NCBI GenBank assembly: GCA_029261165.1 | Contig: JAJDBV010000015.1 | Location: 972-64,971, forward strand | Origin: Nitrospirota bacterium | GTDB taxonomy: Bacteria > Nitrospirota > Nitrospiria > SBBL01 > JAADHI01 | Length of the DNA stretch: 64,000 bases | Direction: 5' to 3' | Shown: in pieces, positions 20,180 through 28,907 of the stretch | Layout: each line of letters opens with the position of its first letter | How positions within the stretch are numbered: position 1 is the first letter of the stretch | The notes under the pieces: model-generated | Databases searched by the model: none | What the model was told of the DNA's origin: nothing | Seen by the model: only the letters and a program-made list of their open reading frames with translations | Made by a program: the position numbers and the translations under genes

Positions 20180-21250
20180 TTAATCCTGAAAAGTGATATT
20201 TCTCTGAAGAAGTTCATCCACCGTGATGGAACACCCTTTTTGCCCGGAACCGACAGTTCTACCGAGGAGGACAAAACCGCGATCGACCTCACGTCCCAGA
20301 TCTTCCGTTAAAAGTGAGGAAACCGAGTCAAGGTTAGCCAGATCGGTGTGAGCCAGGAGCCCGATCTGGCCCTTTGTAACGGGTTCTAATGTTTCTGGCG
20401 AGAGGACGCGGGTTCGTACCTGGGACGGGGGTTGAAAGAGACGTGGCGCTCTTTCGCCTACAATGCGATCATAAAATTGCGAAGTCATCTCCGTCATGCC
20501 GTATTCATTGATACAATTCTCATTTGGAATACCCCAGTTTTGTTGGGCCTTTACATAGATCCATTCCTGCGGGACTTCGCGTGAGCTTCCCTTGAAACCG
20601 CCGGTATCCATCAGACGGCTTCCAGGCGGTAGCGTACAGGCCCATTTTTTTTGGTCACAAAAATCGATGAAATGGACGAAAGAAAAAGAAGTCCCGATCA
20701 GGCAGACTGCTTCATTCGTATCCGACATTTCCTTGATCAGCCGTTCCGATTGAAGTTGTCCCTTCTCGATAAAATAAGCACTTCTTTTTGTCCCGAAGGT
20801 CTTGCGAACAACCTCCATCATATGTGAAAGAGAGGTGTTCGGGGCCTCTTCTGGAGAGGGGGTTAGAATCATGAAGCGGATTTGTTCGGACTCCGGGAGG
20901 ACGTGGCGTTTAAAATGTGCGAGGATGGCCTGCTTTGAGATTTCAATGTCGTAAAGGGGGTGGCAACTTTTTTCTTCTTGCGTCGTTCCGCTCGAATAAA
21001 AAAGGTGACGCGCCTCATGAGTCGGTCGGCAGGAGAGTGTCTTATGCTTAAATGCCATCACGGGAATGGCCGGGATTGCTTCCCACTCTTTTACAGTTTC
21101 AGGACTTTGATCTCGTGAATCAGAGAATTGGCGATACGGGGGATTATGGCGGTACTGGTGTCTATAGAGATGGAGGGCCAAGTCATTAAAGAGGGGATCA
21201 GACGCGGGTCCGGGTTTCATTTGAATGAGCCGAAGTAGTTTATTCCTCAT
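20180..21250 (-). CDS. LuxE-like acyl-protein synthetase (adenylate-forming)
   Basis: 356 aa. The N-terminal PPYRQF...WEAIPAIPVMAFK is typical of LuxE-family proteins. The adenylation-type motifs are YSSGTT and DTGGFKG. Confidence 0.75.
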   Translation of the reverse strand: MRNKLLRLIQMKPGPASDPLFNDLALHLYRHQYRHNPPYRQFSDSRDQSPETVKEWEAIPAIPVMAFKHKTLSCRPTHEARHLFYSSGTTQEEKSCHPLYDIEISKQAILAHFKRHVLPESEQIRFMILTPSPEEAPNTSLSHMMEVVRKTFGTKRSAYFIEKGQLQSERLIKEMSDTNEAVCLIGTSFSFVHFIDFCDQKKWACTLPPGSRLMDTGGFKGSSREVPQEWIYVKAQQNWGIPNENCINEYGMTEMTSQFYDRIVGERAPRLFQPPSQVRTRVLSPETLEPVTKGQIGLLAHTDLANLDSVSSLLTEDLGREVDRGFVLLGRTVGSGQKGCSITVDELLQRNITFQD

Positions 21251-21462
21251 GTCTGTTGAGATACTACAAGCGTCCTTCCCCTGTCAAGGTCAGGTGTTGC
21301 GACTCAGACTGTCTGCGTCTCGTCGCGCCTGCGTTTCTCCTTGAATGTAACAGGGGCATTTGTTACGATCGCCACGTTTTCAAAAAAACGAGGACTTACG
21401 GGGAAACGGGATGGTCTTGTCCCACTGTCTGTCTCCGGAAAGAGAGAAAGAATAGGTGTTTT

Positions 21463-22263
21463 ATGAACGAATTTTTTCAGGCCATCCTGCTCGGAATAGT
21501 GGAAGGCCTCACAGAATTTATACCCGTTTCATCAACGGGACACCTCATCGTGGCGGGACATCTCCTCGGTTTTGAGGGGCCGAAGGCGGCGACCTTCGAC
21601 GTGTTCATCCAACTCGGGGCCATCCTCGCGGTCGTTTTTCTTTACAGCCATCGTTTTTTCGGCCTTCTTTCCTTTAAAAAGGAAAACGGATTCTCCGGCC
21701 TGAATGGCCTGATTCTCCTGGCCTTGACGACCTCTCCCGCGCTCTTTTTCGGTGCACTGCTCCACTCATTAATCAAGCAGCATCTTTTCAGCCCGATCAC
21801 GGTGGCCATCGGTTTGGGTGCGGGGGGTGTTGTCATTCTTCTTGCAGAAGCCAGGATCCCGGCGGTAAAGCGCATTGGAGTCGATGCCCTGGGGTGGAAA
21901 GAGGCACTCGCAATCGGTTTTTTTCAGTGTTTGGCGATGTGGCCCGGCGTTTCTCGTTCCGCTTCTACCATTGTGGGAGGTATGATGATCGGCATTGAAC
22001 GAAAAACAGCGGCAGAATATTCCTTCCTGGCCGCTGTACCGGTCATGTGTGCCGCAACGATTTTCGACATTTACAAGAGTCGCTCTTTTTTGGAGGCTTC
22101 CGATATTCCCATTTTTTTTATCGGGTTTTTGGTTTCGTTTATTGCGGCTCTTTTTGCCCTGAGGTTCTTTATCCGTCTTCTTGGGAGAACGACATTAAAA
22201 CCTTTTGGATGGTATCGAATCGGCGTTGCCATTTTCATTTTTCTGGTATTTAGAGATTCCTAA
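21463..22263 (+). CDS. uppP: Undecaprenyl-diphosphate phosphatase
   Basis: The BacA signature is GIVEGLTEFIPVSSTGHL, within a protein of about 8 TM helices. ATG 21463 gives the canonical 266 aa. The 69-codon upstream extension of the track ORF has no BacA similarity. Confidence 0.92.
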   Translation: MNEFFQAILLGIVEGLTEFIPVSSTGHLIVAGHLLGFEGPKAATFDVFIQLGAILAVVFLYSHRFFGLLSFKKENGFSGLNGLILLALTTSPALFFGALLHSLIKQHLFSPITVAIGLGAGGVVILLAEARIPAVKRIGVDALGWKEALAIGFFQCLAMWPGVSRSASTIVGGMMIGIERKTAAEYSFLAAVPVMCAATIFDIYKSRSFLEASDIPIFFIGFLVSFIAALFALRFFIRLLGRTTLKPFGWYRIGVAIFIFLVFRDS

Positions 22264-22293
22264 GAGACGGGGAGAAGTCAACTGATCAAGATC

Positions 22294-22656
22294 TTGATGG
22301 TTGGGACAGGCGGTTTTTTGGGGGCGATCGCCCGGTATTTAATTGGAGAGTGGTTGGTCGGAAAAGGGAATGCCGGTTTTCCTTATGGGACATTTTTTGT
22401 AAATGTAACCGGATGCTTTGTCTTGGCTCTGTTCGTGACCTTGACTGCGGAGCGCTTTATGATACATCCCCATTGGCGGCTCTTGTTTGCCATCGGGTTT
22501 CTGGGAGCATACACGACCTTTTCGACTTTTGAGTATGAAACAAATAAGCTGGTCGAGGACGGGAGTTTCTGGTTTGCTCTCCTCAACATGTTCCTGAGTC
22601 TCGCTGCAGGTATGATTGCGATTCGTATTGGGATCGTGTTGGGCAGAAAGATTTAG
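22294..22656 (+). CDS. crcB: Fluoride ion channel CrcB/FluC
   Basis: 120 aa with 4 TM helices. Motifs present: GTGGFLGAIARY and GFLGAYTTFSTF. Confidence 0.9.
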   Translation: MMVGTGGFLGAIARYLIGEWLVGKGNAGFPYGTFFVNVTGCFVLALFVTLTAERFMIHPHWRLLFAIGFLGAYTTFSTFEYETNKLVEDGSFWFALLNMFLSLAAGMIAIRIGIVLGRKI

Positions 22657-22680
22657 AAGAGATGTTACGGATATAGATGA

Positions 22681-23802
22681 TCAGTCGATCATCTTGCTTA
22701 TGCCCGTCCATGTCCCAAACCACTTATTTCCTTCACGGTCAAACGCGATCGAAAAGACGTTGTTGTCGAGCAGGCCATCTGCAGTGGTATATGTAAGCCA
22801 CTTCTTCCCGTCAAAACGGGTTACACCTTTGTCGGTCGCGATCCAGAGGGTCCCTTCCCGGTCCATTTCTAGGGCATGGACAAAATTTCCACCGATTGTG
22901 CCATTCCCCGCGGTAAAGGTCGTCCAGTGCTGTCCGTCAAACCTGGAGAGTCCGGCACCCCATGTCCCGATCCATTTCACATTTTGGTGGTCCACGGCGA
23001 TATCGAGGACATAGTTTGGATTGGCCTGGCGGTTGTCCTTATGTTCTCTTCCGTGATGTCGCGGCTCGTTGTCGTCATAGGAATCGTCCTTTGTTTGAGA
23101 AAGGCCAATGTCCGCGCCGAGGCCGTCCCGATGGGTATATCCGCTCCAATTTTCTCCGTCGAAGCGGTTGACCCCCCCTTCCGTTCCAAACCATAAAATA
23201 CCGTCCTGATCTTTTGCGATGGCATAAACCCACTTGTCAAGCAGTCCGTGTTTTTGGGTGTAGGTTTTGAAGGATTTTCCGTCAAAATAACTGGCTCCTT
23301 TCCAGGTTGCGATCCACATCGTCCCGTCTGGCTCAAAAAGGATATCGTAGACCCAGAGATCCCCCAGGCCTTTTCCCATCGGATAGCTTGTCCACCGATG
23401 GTCATAGCTTATTTTGCCTCCTCCGTAAGGGGTGTATGTGAGCCACTCCTTGCCATCATACCGGGAGAGCCCGCCGCCGTATGTGCCGATCCATTTTACG
23501 CCTTGAGGGTCTACCGCCACTTTAAAAATACCTCTGGCAAGAAGCCCGTCTGTGGAGCGAACGGTGAAGATTTGGTACTGGTCCTGTGTTCGGGTGTCGT
23601 AACGTATAATTCCGGAGGGAAGACCCAGCCAGAGATTGTTCCCATCAAAAGCCATACTTTTTACTCTGCCGCCTGTTTCAAAGTTAATGAAACGAGGCCG
23701 GGATATCAGTTTTTTTTGGGGAGGGGCAGAGGGGACAGTCGTGGCGCAGCCAGCCAGGTAAAAAATCAAGATCAGGAGGGCAAATCGAAGCCAGTTCAAC
23801 AA
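22681..23802 (-). CDS. Lipoprotein with two-component-regulator-propeller-type (Reg_prop) beta-propeller repeats
   Basis: 373 aa. The lipobox is LILIFYLAGC. Repeated blades include VxxIAxDxxGxxWxGTxxGxxRFDGxxW, for example KWIGTWGAGLSRFDGQHWTTFT and ILWFGTEGGVNRFDGENWSGYT. Confidence 0.75.
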   Translation of the reverse strand: MLNWLRFALLILIFYLAGCATTVPSAPPQKKLISRPRFINFETGGRVKSMAFDGNNLWLGLPSGIIRYDTRTQDQYQIFTVRSTDGLLARGIFKVAVDPQGVKWIGTYGGGLSRYDGKEWLTYTPYGGGKISYDHRWTSYPMGKGLGDLWVYDILFEPDGTMWIATWKGASYFDGKSFKTYTQKHGLLDKWVYAIAKDQDGILWFGTEGGVNRFDGENWSGYTHRDGLGADIGLSQTKDDSYDDNEPRHHGREHKDNRQANPNYVLDIAVDHQNVKWIGTWGAGLSRFDGQHWTTFTAGNGTIGGNFVHALEMDREGTLWIATDKGVTRFDGKKWLTYTTADGLLDNNVFSIAFDREGNKWFGTWTGISKMID

Positions 23803-23821
23803 GAATAAATACCTATTTTCA

Positions 23822-23850
23822 TTGACAAATATCGATCATAGCGGTATTCT
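23822..23850 (+). promoter_or_regulatory. Sigma70-type promoter candidate for the tRNA-Val/tRNA-Asp pair
   Basis: TTGACA (23822-23827), a 17-nt spacer, then TATTCT (23845-23850), about 34 nt before the tRNA-Val 5' end. Confidence 0.4.
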
Positions 23851-23883
23851 ACATCACGATAAGCTTCTTTTCAAGAGTTTCGT

Positions 23884-23959
23884 GGGCGGATAGCTCAATT
23901 GGTAGAGCATCGGCTTTACACGCCGGAGGTCACAGGTTCGATCCCTGTTCCGCCTACCA
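23884..23959 (+). tRNA. tRNA-Val (anticodon TAC)
   Basis: Manual cloverleaf: acceptor GGGCGGA/TCCGCCT (G1-U72 wobble), D-arm GCTC-AATTGGTA-GAGC, anticodon arm TCGGC-TTTACAC-GCCGG, T-arm ACAGG-TTCGATC-CCTGT, encoded CCA. Confidence 0.85.
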
Positions 23960-23992
23960 GGCTTGAGCAGGGACAAAATAGACGTATAGAGC

Positions 23993-24069
23993 GGGGCCGT
24001 AGTTCAGCTGGTTAGAACGCCGGCCTGTCACGCCGGAGGTCGCGAGTTCGATCCTCGTCGGCCCCGCCA
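23993..24069 (+). tRNA. tRNA-Asp (anticodon GTC)
   Basis: Manual cloverleaf: acceptor GGGGCCG/CGGCCCC, D-arm GTTC-AGCTGGTTA-GAAC, anticodon arm CCGGC-CTGTCAC-GCCGG, T-arm GCGAG-TTCGATC-CTCGT, discriminator G, encoded CCA. Confidence 0.92.
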
Positions 24070-24132
24070 AGTAAGCGAGAGCTGATTCTTTCCTCTGACC
24101 GAAAGTCAGCTCTTTAAAGGAGAAGAAATCTA

Positions 24133-24858
24133 TTGGACGCGGGTTCTGATTTTTCGTTTGTGAGCTTGTTTCTTGATGCCGGGATTGTCGCAAGGCTGGT
24201 TCTGGGGACGCTTCTTTTTGCCTCAATCGCTTCCTGGGCGATCATATTGTTTAAGTGGATCGGGCTGCGAAAGGCCGAAGCCGAAAACCGCCGATTACTG
24301 GAGCTTTATGCAAATGCTGAAGATTTGCTGGACATAGAGCGGAGGGTTTCGGGACGAGGGAAAGGGCCTTTGGGGGGAATCCTTGAAGAGGCCTTTGGGA
24401 AGATGAAACATTACCTTGCTGCGATAAGAAGCGGTTTGTCGCTTTCTGAGAATGGAAATCGGCCTCCAAAACTATCGGTCATTGAACGAACGCTTCAAAG
24501 TGCGATCCAAGATGAGATGAGTTACCAGGAACGCTATCTTCATCTGTTGGCCACCATGGGGAACACCGCTCCTTTTGTCGGACTATTCGGGACGGTCTGG
24601 GGAATTATGGGGGCATTCCAGGAAATTGGGCGGCAAGGATCTGCAAATATTGCCGTCGTTGCACCGGGTGTGGCGGAAGCCTTAATCAATACGGCTGCGG
24701 GTCTCTTTGTGGCGATTCCTGCCGTTGTTGCCTACAATATTTTTGTGATTCGGCTCAGAAAAATGCAGACTCAGTTAGAAGTGTTTTCTTCAGAGATTCT
24801 TACCCTTGTAGAAGAACAAGTAATTCAAGCACCCGTCGAGCAAAAGGTCGGATCTTAA
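24133..24858 (+). CDS. tolQ: Tol-Pal system protein TolQ (MotA/TolQ/ExbB family)
   Basis: 241 aa. TTG start with AAAGGAG upstream. The conserved motif is MGNTAPFVGLFGTVWGIMGAF. It is followed by tolR, tolA, tolB and pal. Confidence 0.88.
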   Translation: MDAGSDFSFVSLFLDAGIVARLVLGTLLFASIASWAIILFKWIGLRKAEAENRRLLELYANAEDLLDIERRVSGRGKGPLGGILEEAFGKMKHYLAAIRSGLSLSENGNRPPKLSVIERTLQSAIQDEMSYQERYLHLLATMGNTAPFVGLFGTVWGIMGAFQEIGRQGSANIAVVAPGVAEALINTAAGLFVAIPAVVAYNIFVIRLRKMQTQLEVFSSEILTLVEEQVIQAPVEQKVGS

Positions 24859-24871
24859 GAAGGAACATGAG

Positions 24872-25294
24872 ATGGTTTCAGGATCAAGTCGACATCGTGA
24901 AGTAGTGGCGGAGATTAATATTATTCCCCTGGTTGACGTGATGTTGGTCCTTCTGATTGTCTTTATGATCACGGCGCCTCTCCTCTACCGTGGGATGGAT
25001 ATTAAGCTTCCCCGGGCTTCGACAAACAGCATCAAACCGTCAGAGAGAAAGATTCTGAGTGTTGAGAAAAACCGATCCATTTACCTTGATAAAGAGGAAG
25101 TTGGGTTGGTGAAACTCGAAGAACGCCTCCGTGTCTTACAAGGAGTATCTCCGGATGTTTCGCTGTATCTTCGGGCCGATCGAGATGTCCCTTATGGTAC
25201 GGTTGTTCAGGTTATGGATCTGATCAAGCGGGCGGGTATTTCCCGGCTGGGGATCGTGACTGAACCGCTTCCAAAAGAAGCACTTCCGCGATAA
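24872..25294 (+). CDS. tolR: Tol-Pal system protein TolR (ExbD/TolR family)
   Basis: 140 aa. Motifs present: EINIIPLVDVMLVLLIVFMITAP and the C-terminal VPYGTVVQVMDLIKRAG. Confidence 0.88.
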   Translation: MVSGSSRHREVVAEINIIPLVDVMLVLLIVFMITAPLLYRGMDIKLPRASTNSIKPSERKILSVEKNRSIYLDKEEVGLVKLEERLRVLQGVSPDVSLYLRADRDVPYGTVVQVMDLIKRAGISRLGIVTEPLPKEALPR

Positions 25295-25506
25295 GCCCAG
25301 ATGAACATGTATCGCACGCGGTCTCTAAAGGCAAATGATGCTCCATCCGTTATTTTTCCGTCTCAAAAGCGGTCAAGGCCGCATCAAGAAGAAAAACATC
25401 CCTTGTTTTCTCAGTGCCGATGACATGAGGCCTGGATTGTTATAAAATAGTAGTGTGCCCTGTTGTATTGATCGGCTAAGCGAATCCTTTTGGTAGAGGT
25501 GTCGTC

Positions 25507-26712
25507 TTGATGAAGAAGATGTCGGTGGACCGAGGACAGGCTGCTTGGAGGTTCCCTCCGGGAAATGATATGCGTCGCCGTGACGGCCTTCCCAGGATGA
25601 TGACGATTTCCCTTTTGATCCACTTTTCTTTTTTCGTTCTCATCATGGTGGGAGAGCATTTTTCGGTCCGCCATCCACAGCTTCAAGGCTACCAGGTGAA
25701 CCTTGTGTCCCCCAGTGCGGGGATGTCATCTTCCTCAATCGTCAAAGGCGGAGGGAAGCGCGTTCGAACTGCCGCCGCACCCCCGTCATCTAAACATCAA
25801 GCGGTTCGGGTATCACGTCCTGCAAATGTTTCAAGATCTCCCGTAAAAGCGATTCGCCCGGCGTCTCGTTCTTCGGCTCCTGCGGCCCGTCCAAAGTCCG
25901 GAGTGAAGACAGCACCTCAGGCTTCGAGCCCAGCGGGTGCTCCGAGAACGTCATTAAAAGTGCCTCGTAATGCAGATAATGACCCCGAACGATTAGAGGA
26001 ATGGTGGAAGAAAAAGGTCGGATCGATAAAAGCGCCGGCGGGAAAAACTCAGGGCCAGACCAAGGGATCATTGCTTCCTCAAAGGAAGACGGACAAAATT
26101 GAGATTAGGAAGAAGGCACCTGAAATTCAGATTGCCCGGAACTTAACGCCGGTTTTTCCGGTAAGGCAAGGTAAATCGGAAGGGCTTATTTCTACATCCG
26201 CCGCTGAAAGCCAATCGGGTTCGGTCCTGCCGGGGGAAGAAGGCCCCTCTGATCCTTTTTCAGATGGAAGTCTGAGCGGGGGGGGGGCATCTCTTGCTCA
26301 AACGGAATCGACACAGACAGGCATGATACGGCACTCCGGCATTGTCGGAAATGGTGGCATGGGTGGAAGCGCTGGTATCATTGGAGGCGGGACGGCAGGA
26401 TCAGGCAGCTCTGGTGGGATATTTCCAGGTTATTTACAGAAGATGGAAAATAAAATCAGCGGAGAATGGGCCCCTCCTCCGGTCTCCTTTCAAGAGGAAC
26501 CCGTCATCGTGACGATTCGGTTTAATGTCATGAAAAACGGGCGTGTAGACCGCGATTCTATTCAAGTTGAAAAAAGTTCCGGTAATCCCTTTTTTGATCA
26601 GGCGGCGATGCGCGCAGTCTATGGGGCCGATCCCTTTCCTCCATTTCCAGAGATTCTTCCTAAGGATCACCTGAGCATCCATTTTAACTTTACCGTGCTG
26701 GAGAATTCCTAG
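25507..26712 (+). CDS. tolA: TolA-like / TonB-C-terminal-domain protein
   Basis: 401 aa. An N-terminal TM (MMTISLLIHFSFFVLIMV) is followed by a long Pro/Ala/Ser/Lys/Gly-rich linker. The TonB_C/TolA-type C-terminal domain contains VIVTIRFNVMKNGRV...GNPFFDQAAMRAV. Its position between tolR and tolB supports the call, but the start codon is uncertain. Confidence 0.7.
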   Translation: MMKKMSVDRGQAAWRFPPGNDMRRRDGLPRMMTISLLIHFSFFVLIMVGEHFSVRHPQLQGYQVNLVSPSAGMSSSSIVKGGGKRVRTAAAPPSSKHQAVRVSRPANVSRSPVKAIRPASRSSAPAARPKSGVKTAPQASSPAGAPRTSLKVPRNADNDPERLEEWWKKKVGSIKAPAGKTQGQTKGSLLPQRKTDKIEIRKKAPEIQIARNLTPVFPVRQGKSEGLISTSAAESQSGSVLPGEEGPSDPFSDGSLSGGGASLAQTESTQTGMIRHSGIVGNGGMGGSAGIIGGGTAGSGSSGGIFPGYLQKMENKISGEWAPPPVSFQEEPVIVTIRFNVMKNGRVDRDSIQVEKSSGNPFFDQAAMRAVYGADPFPPFPEILPKDHLSIHFNFTVLENS

Positions 26713-26714
26713 GG

Positions 26715-28013
26715 ATGTTACAGAGATTCTTTCTCCTGATGGCCATCGGCATCTTTTTAGGAGGGGTAGAAGCAAGGGCAGCCGATGTTTTTATGGGGAC
26801 CAGCCGGTTTGGTTTTGAGAAGATACCCTTAATGATTCTTCCGCTTCAGGGGGCTTCGGAGCATTCCGAAGCCTTACTATTGACCGAGACCGCACTCACC
26901 TCGGACCTGGAGCGCTCAAGGCTCTTTCGTGTTGTTGAACCGAGCACGATCGGGATTTCCCATGCAACGACCGAAGCGCCGGATTCGGCAGCCATGCGCA
27001 AGGCATCTGCGAGTGGCGTTCAGGCCTTGGTTTGGGCAAAGCTTTATACGGACGGGGACGATTGGGTTTTGGAGAGTTATGCGTATGAGACGGGCAAGGG
27101 AGAGCAGGTTATCGGAGTCAAGATTATCGGTCGCAGAGAATCATTCCGTGCCATGGCACATCGATTTTCGGACAAACTTGTTCACCACTTTACGGGTGAG
27201 AAGGGGATTGCAGAGACGAAGGTGACCTTTATATCTGATCTGTCCGGGAAAAAAGAAGTCTATATCATGGACTATGATGGTCGTAATCCAAGGCGTATTA
27301 CAACAGACCGGAGCATTGCCCTTTCTCCCAGGTGGTCGTTTAATGGTAAAAAGATTACATACACTTCTTACCGGAGTGGGAATCCGGATATCTACCTCCT
27401 TGATTTGAGCAATGGGCTTCGAAAAAGCCTTGTTTCCTTTCCCGGGCTGAACTTTTCGACGAGCTGGTCTCCTGTGGGAGACCGGATTGCCTATGCGACG
27501 ACGAAGGATGGCAATGCCGAAATCTACACGATGGATCCGGAGGGGACGGAGCATAAGCGCTTGACTTTTAACGCAGCAGATGATCTTTCTCCGAGTTGGT
27601 CTCCTACAGGGAAACAGATTGCTTTTACCTCAGATCGCGGTGGGGGGCCTCAAATCTACATTATGGATGCCGATGGGATGAATGTTCACCGATTGACCTT
27701 TATCGGGAAATATAATACATCGCCCACTTGGTCTCCCAAGGGAGACTGGATTGCTTACACCTGTCGGGATGAAGAAAAAAGGTTGAAGCTTTGCGCTGAT
27801 CGGGCGGATGGGCAACAATCGATTCGGATTACGGAGAGTGGCCCTTGGGATGATGAGTCACCCTCTTGGGCTTTGAATGGGAGAGACCTGGTTTTTACAT
27901 CGAACCGGTCAGGTACAAACCAGATTTTTTCGATTCACTTGGATGGTACGCGAATGATCCGTTTGACTTCTAGCCCTGCGAACAATACCAGCCCAGCCTG
28001 GTCACCGAATTGA
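26715..28013 (+). CDS. tolB: Tol-Pal system beta-propeller protein TolB
   Basis: 432 aa with a signal peptide. The repeats are of the type WSP-G-IAY/F-S-R-G-P-IY (PRWSFNGKKITYTSYRSGNPDIYL, WSPVGDRIAYATTKDGNAEIY, WSPTGKQIAFTSDRGGGPQIY). Confidence 0.92.
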   Translation: MLQRFFLLMAIGIFLGGVEARAADVFMGTSRFGFEKIPLMILPLQGASEHSEALLLTETALTSDLERSRLFRVVEPSTIGISHATTEAPDSAAMRKASASGVQALVWAKLYTDGDDWVLESYAYETGKGEQVIGVKIIGRRESFRAMAHRFSDKLVHHFTGEKGIAETKVTFISDLSGKKEVYIMDYDGRNPRRITTDRSIALSPRWSFNGKKITYTSYRSGNPDIYLLDLSNGLRKSLVSFPGLNFSTSWSPVGDRIAYATTKDGNAEIYTMDPEGTEHKRLTFNAADDLSPSWSPTGKQIAFTSDRGGGPQIYIMDADGMNVHRLTFIGKYNTSPTWSPKGDWIAYTCRDEEKRLKLCADRADGQQSIRITESGPWDDESPSWALNGRDLVFTSNRSGTNQIFSIHLDGTRMIRLTSSPANNTSPAWSPN

Positions 28014-28136
28014 TGAGAAGGGGTATGAAAAGCCTTCGTTCTTGTCCTCCTTTTGTGTAGATTCTCGGCTTGTTTTGTTTAAATATATGTGCTATTCAGT
28101 AGCACTTGAACTTTTGAAAGGTTGTGATGGGAAGGT

Positions 28137-28850
28137 ATGAAAATGCATAGGGGAGGAAGATTGGTGAAGGATCGTGTTCTCAGAGGATTTTCTTGTTTCG
28201 GTGTTGTTTCGGTTTTTGTCGCATCCTTACTTTTGATAGGGTGTTCTAAGAAGATCGCTCCAATAGGGGGTGCATCCGGGCTCGCGCCAGATCGTCCTTC
28301 CGAATCGCTTACTGGTCGCTCCCCGGCCGAGCTTGGGACGGAGCGTGGTTCGAAGAATTCCATTGGAGAAGAGAGGGTTCCATCAGACGAAGGGCTTCCA
28401 TTTTTTGGGGAGTCTGCTCCTGGAGGAGACGGTGCGGGAGAAGACCCGTTTATACTGGCCGATGGAGATTCTTCTTCAGGATTGCGTTCTTCACCGGGAG
28501 GAGATGAAGGCACGGGTTTGCTTCAGGATGCTTATTTCGAATTTGATCAGTGGGTGTTGCCGCATGACGCGCAGTCGACCCTGGAGCATAATGCGCGTTG
28601 GCTTGAAGTCCATCCGGAGGCACGAATTCAGATTGAGGGCCATTGTGATGTGCGGGGTACCAATGAGTATAATCTGGCACTGGGTGAACGGAGAGCGAAG
28701 TCTGCTATGAATTTCCTGGTGAGTATGGGTGTGGACCGATCGAGGATTTCGTTCATTAGTTTCGGCGAAGAAAAGAATAATTGCAGTGAAAAGAGTGAGG
28801 CCTGTTATAGGAAGAACCGGCGTGCACACTTTGTTGTCCTGGAAAAATAA
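28137..28850 (+). CDS. pal: Peptidoglycan-associated lipoprotein Pal (copy 1, long linker)
   Basis: 237 aa with lipobox LLLIGC and a ~100-aa Gly/Ser/Pro/Asp/Glu linker. The OmpA_C domain reads AYFEFDQWVL...IEGHCDVRGTNEYNLALGERRAKS...NRRAHFVV. Confidence 0.88.
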   Translation: MKMHRGGRLVKDRVLRGFSCFGVVSVFVASLLLIGCSKKIAPIGGASGLAPDRPSESLTGRSPAELGTERGSKNSIGEERVPSDEGLPFFGESAPGGDGAGEDPFILADGDSSSGLRSSPGGDEGTGLLQDAYFEFDQWVLPHDAQSTLEHNARWLEVHPEARIQIEGHCDVRGTNEYNLALGERRAKSAMNFLVSMGVDRSRISFISFGEEKNNCSEKSEACYRKNRRAHFVVLEK

Positions 28851-28907
28851 TGTCCTAGGACCAGTGACTTTTAGCCTTGATTTGAAGGGAGTCATAGGAG
28901 CTTATAG

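Noticed and set aside
21256-21462. A 69-codon N-terminal extension of the uppP ORF (MRYYKRPSPVKVRCC...).
   Set aside because: The BacA/UppP family starts at MNEFFQAILLGIVEGLTEFIPVSSTGHL. The extension is Cys/Arg-rich, has no homology signal, and would occupy the entire divergent promoter region shared with luxE.
21408-21462. Possible fluoride (crcB-motif) riboswitch upstream of uppP-crcB. GGGAUGGUCUUGUCCC resembles the P1 GGCGAUGGUGUUCGCC element, and a UCUC-CGGAAA-GAGA hairpin follows it.
   Set aside because: The 3' segment that must form the pseudoknot is missing (no equivalent of CUAAUGA...CC complementary to the GGUCU loop, only AAGAAUAGG). The conserved linker residues also do not match, and the 30-nt gap directly before crcB has no element. 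A covariance-model scan (Rfam RF01734) would settle it.
28270-28710. A 146-aa alternate-frame ORF within pal copy 1, and the 144-aa antisense ORF 28079..28513.
   Set aside because: The Pal frame has a lipobox and a complete OmpA_C domain. The alternatives are Arg/Pro/Ser-rich off-frame products of the GC-rich linker region.
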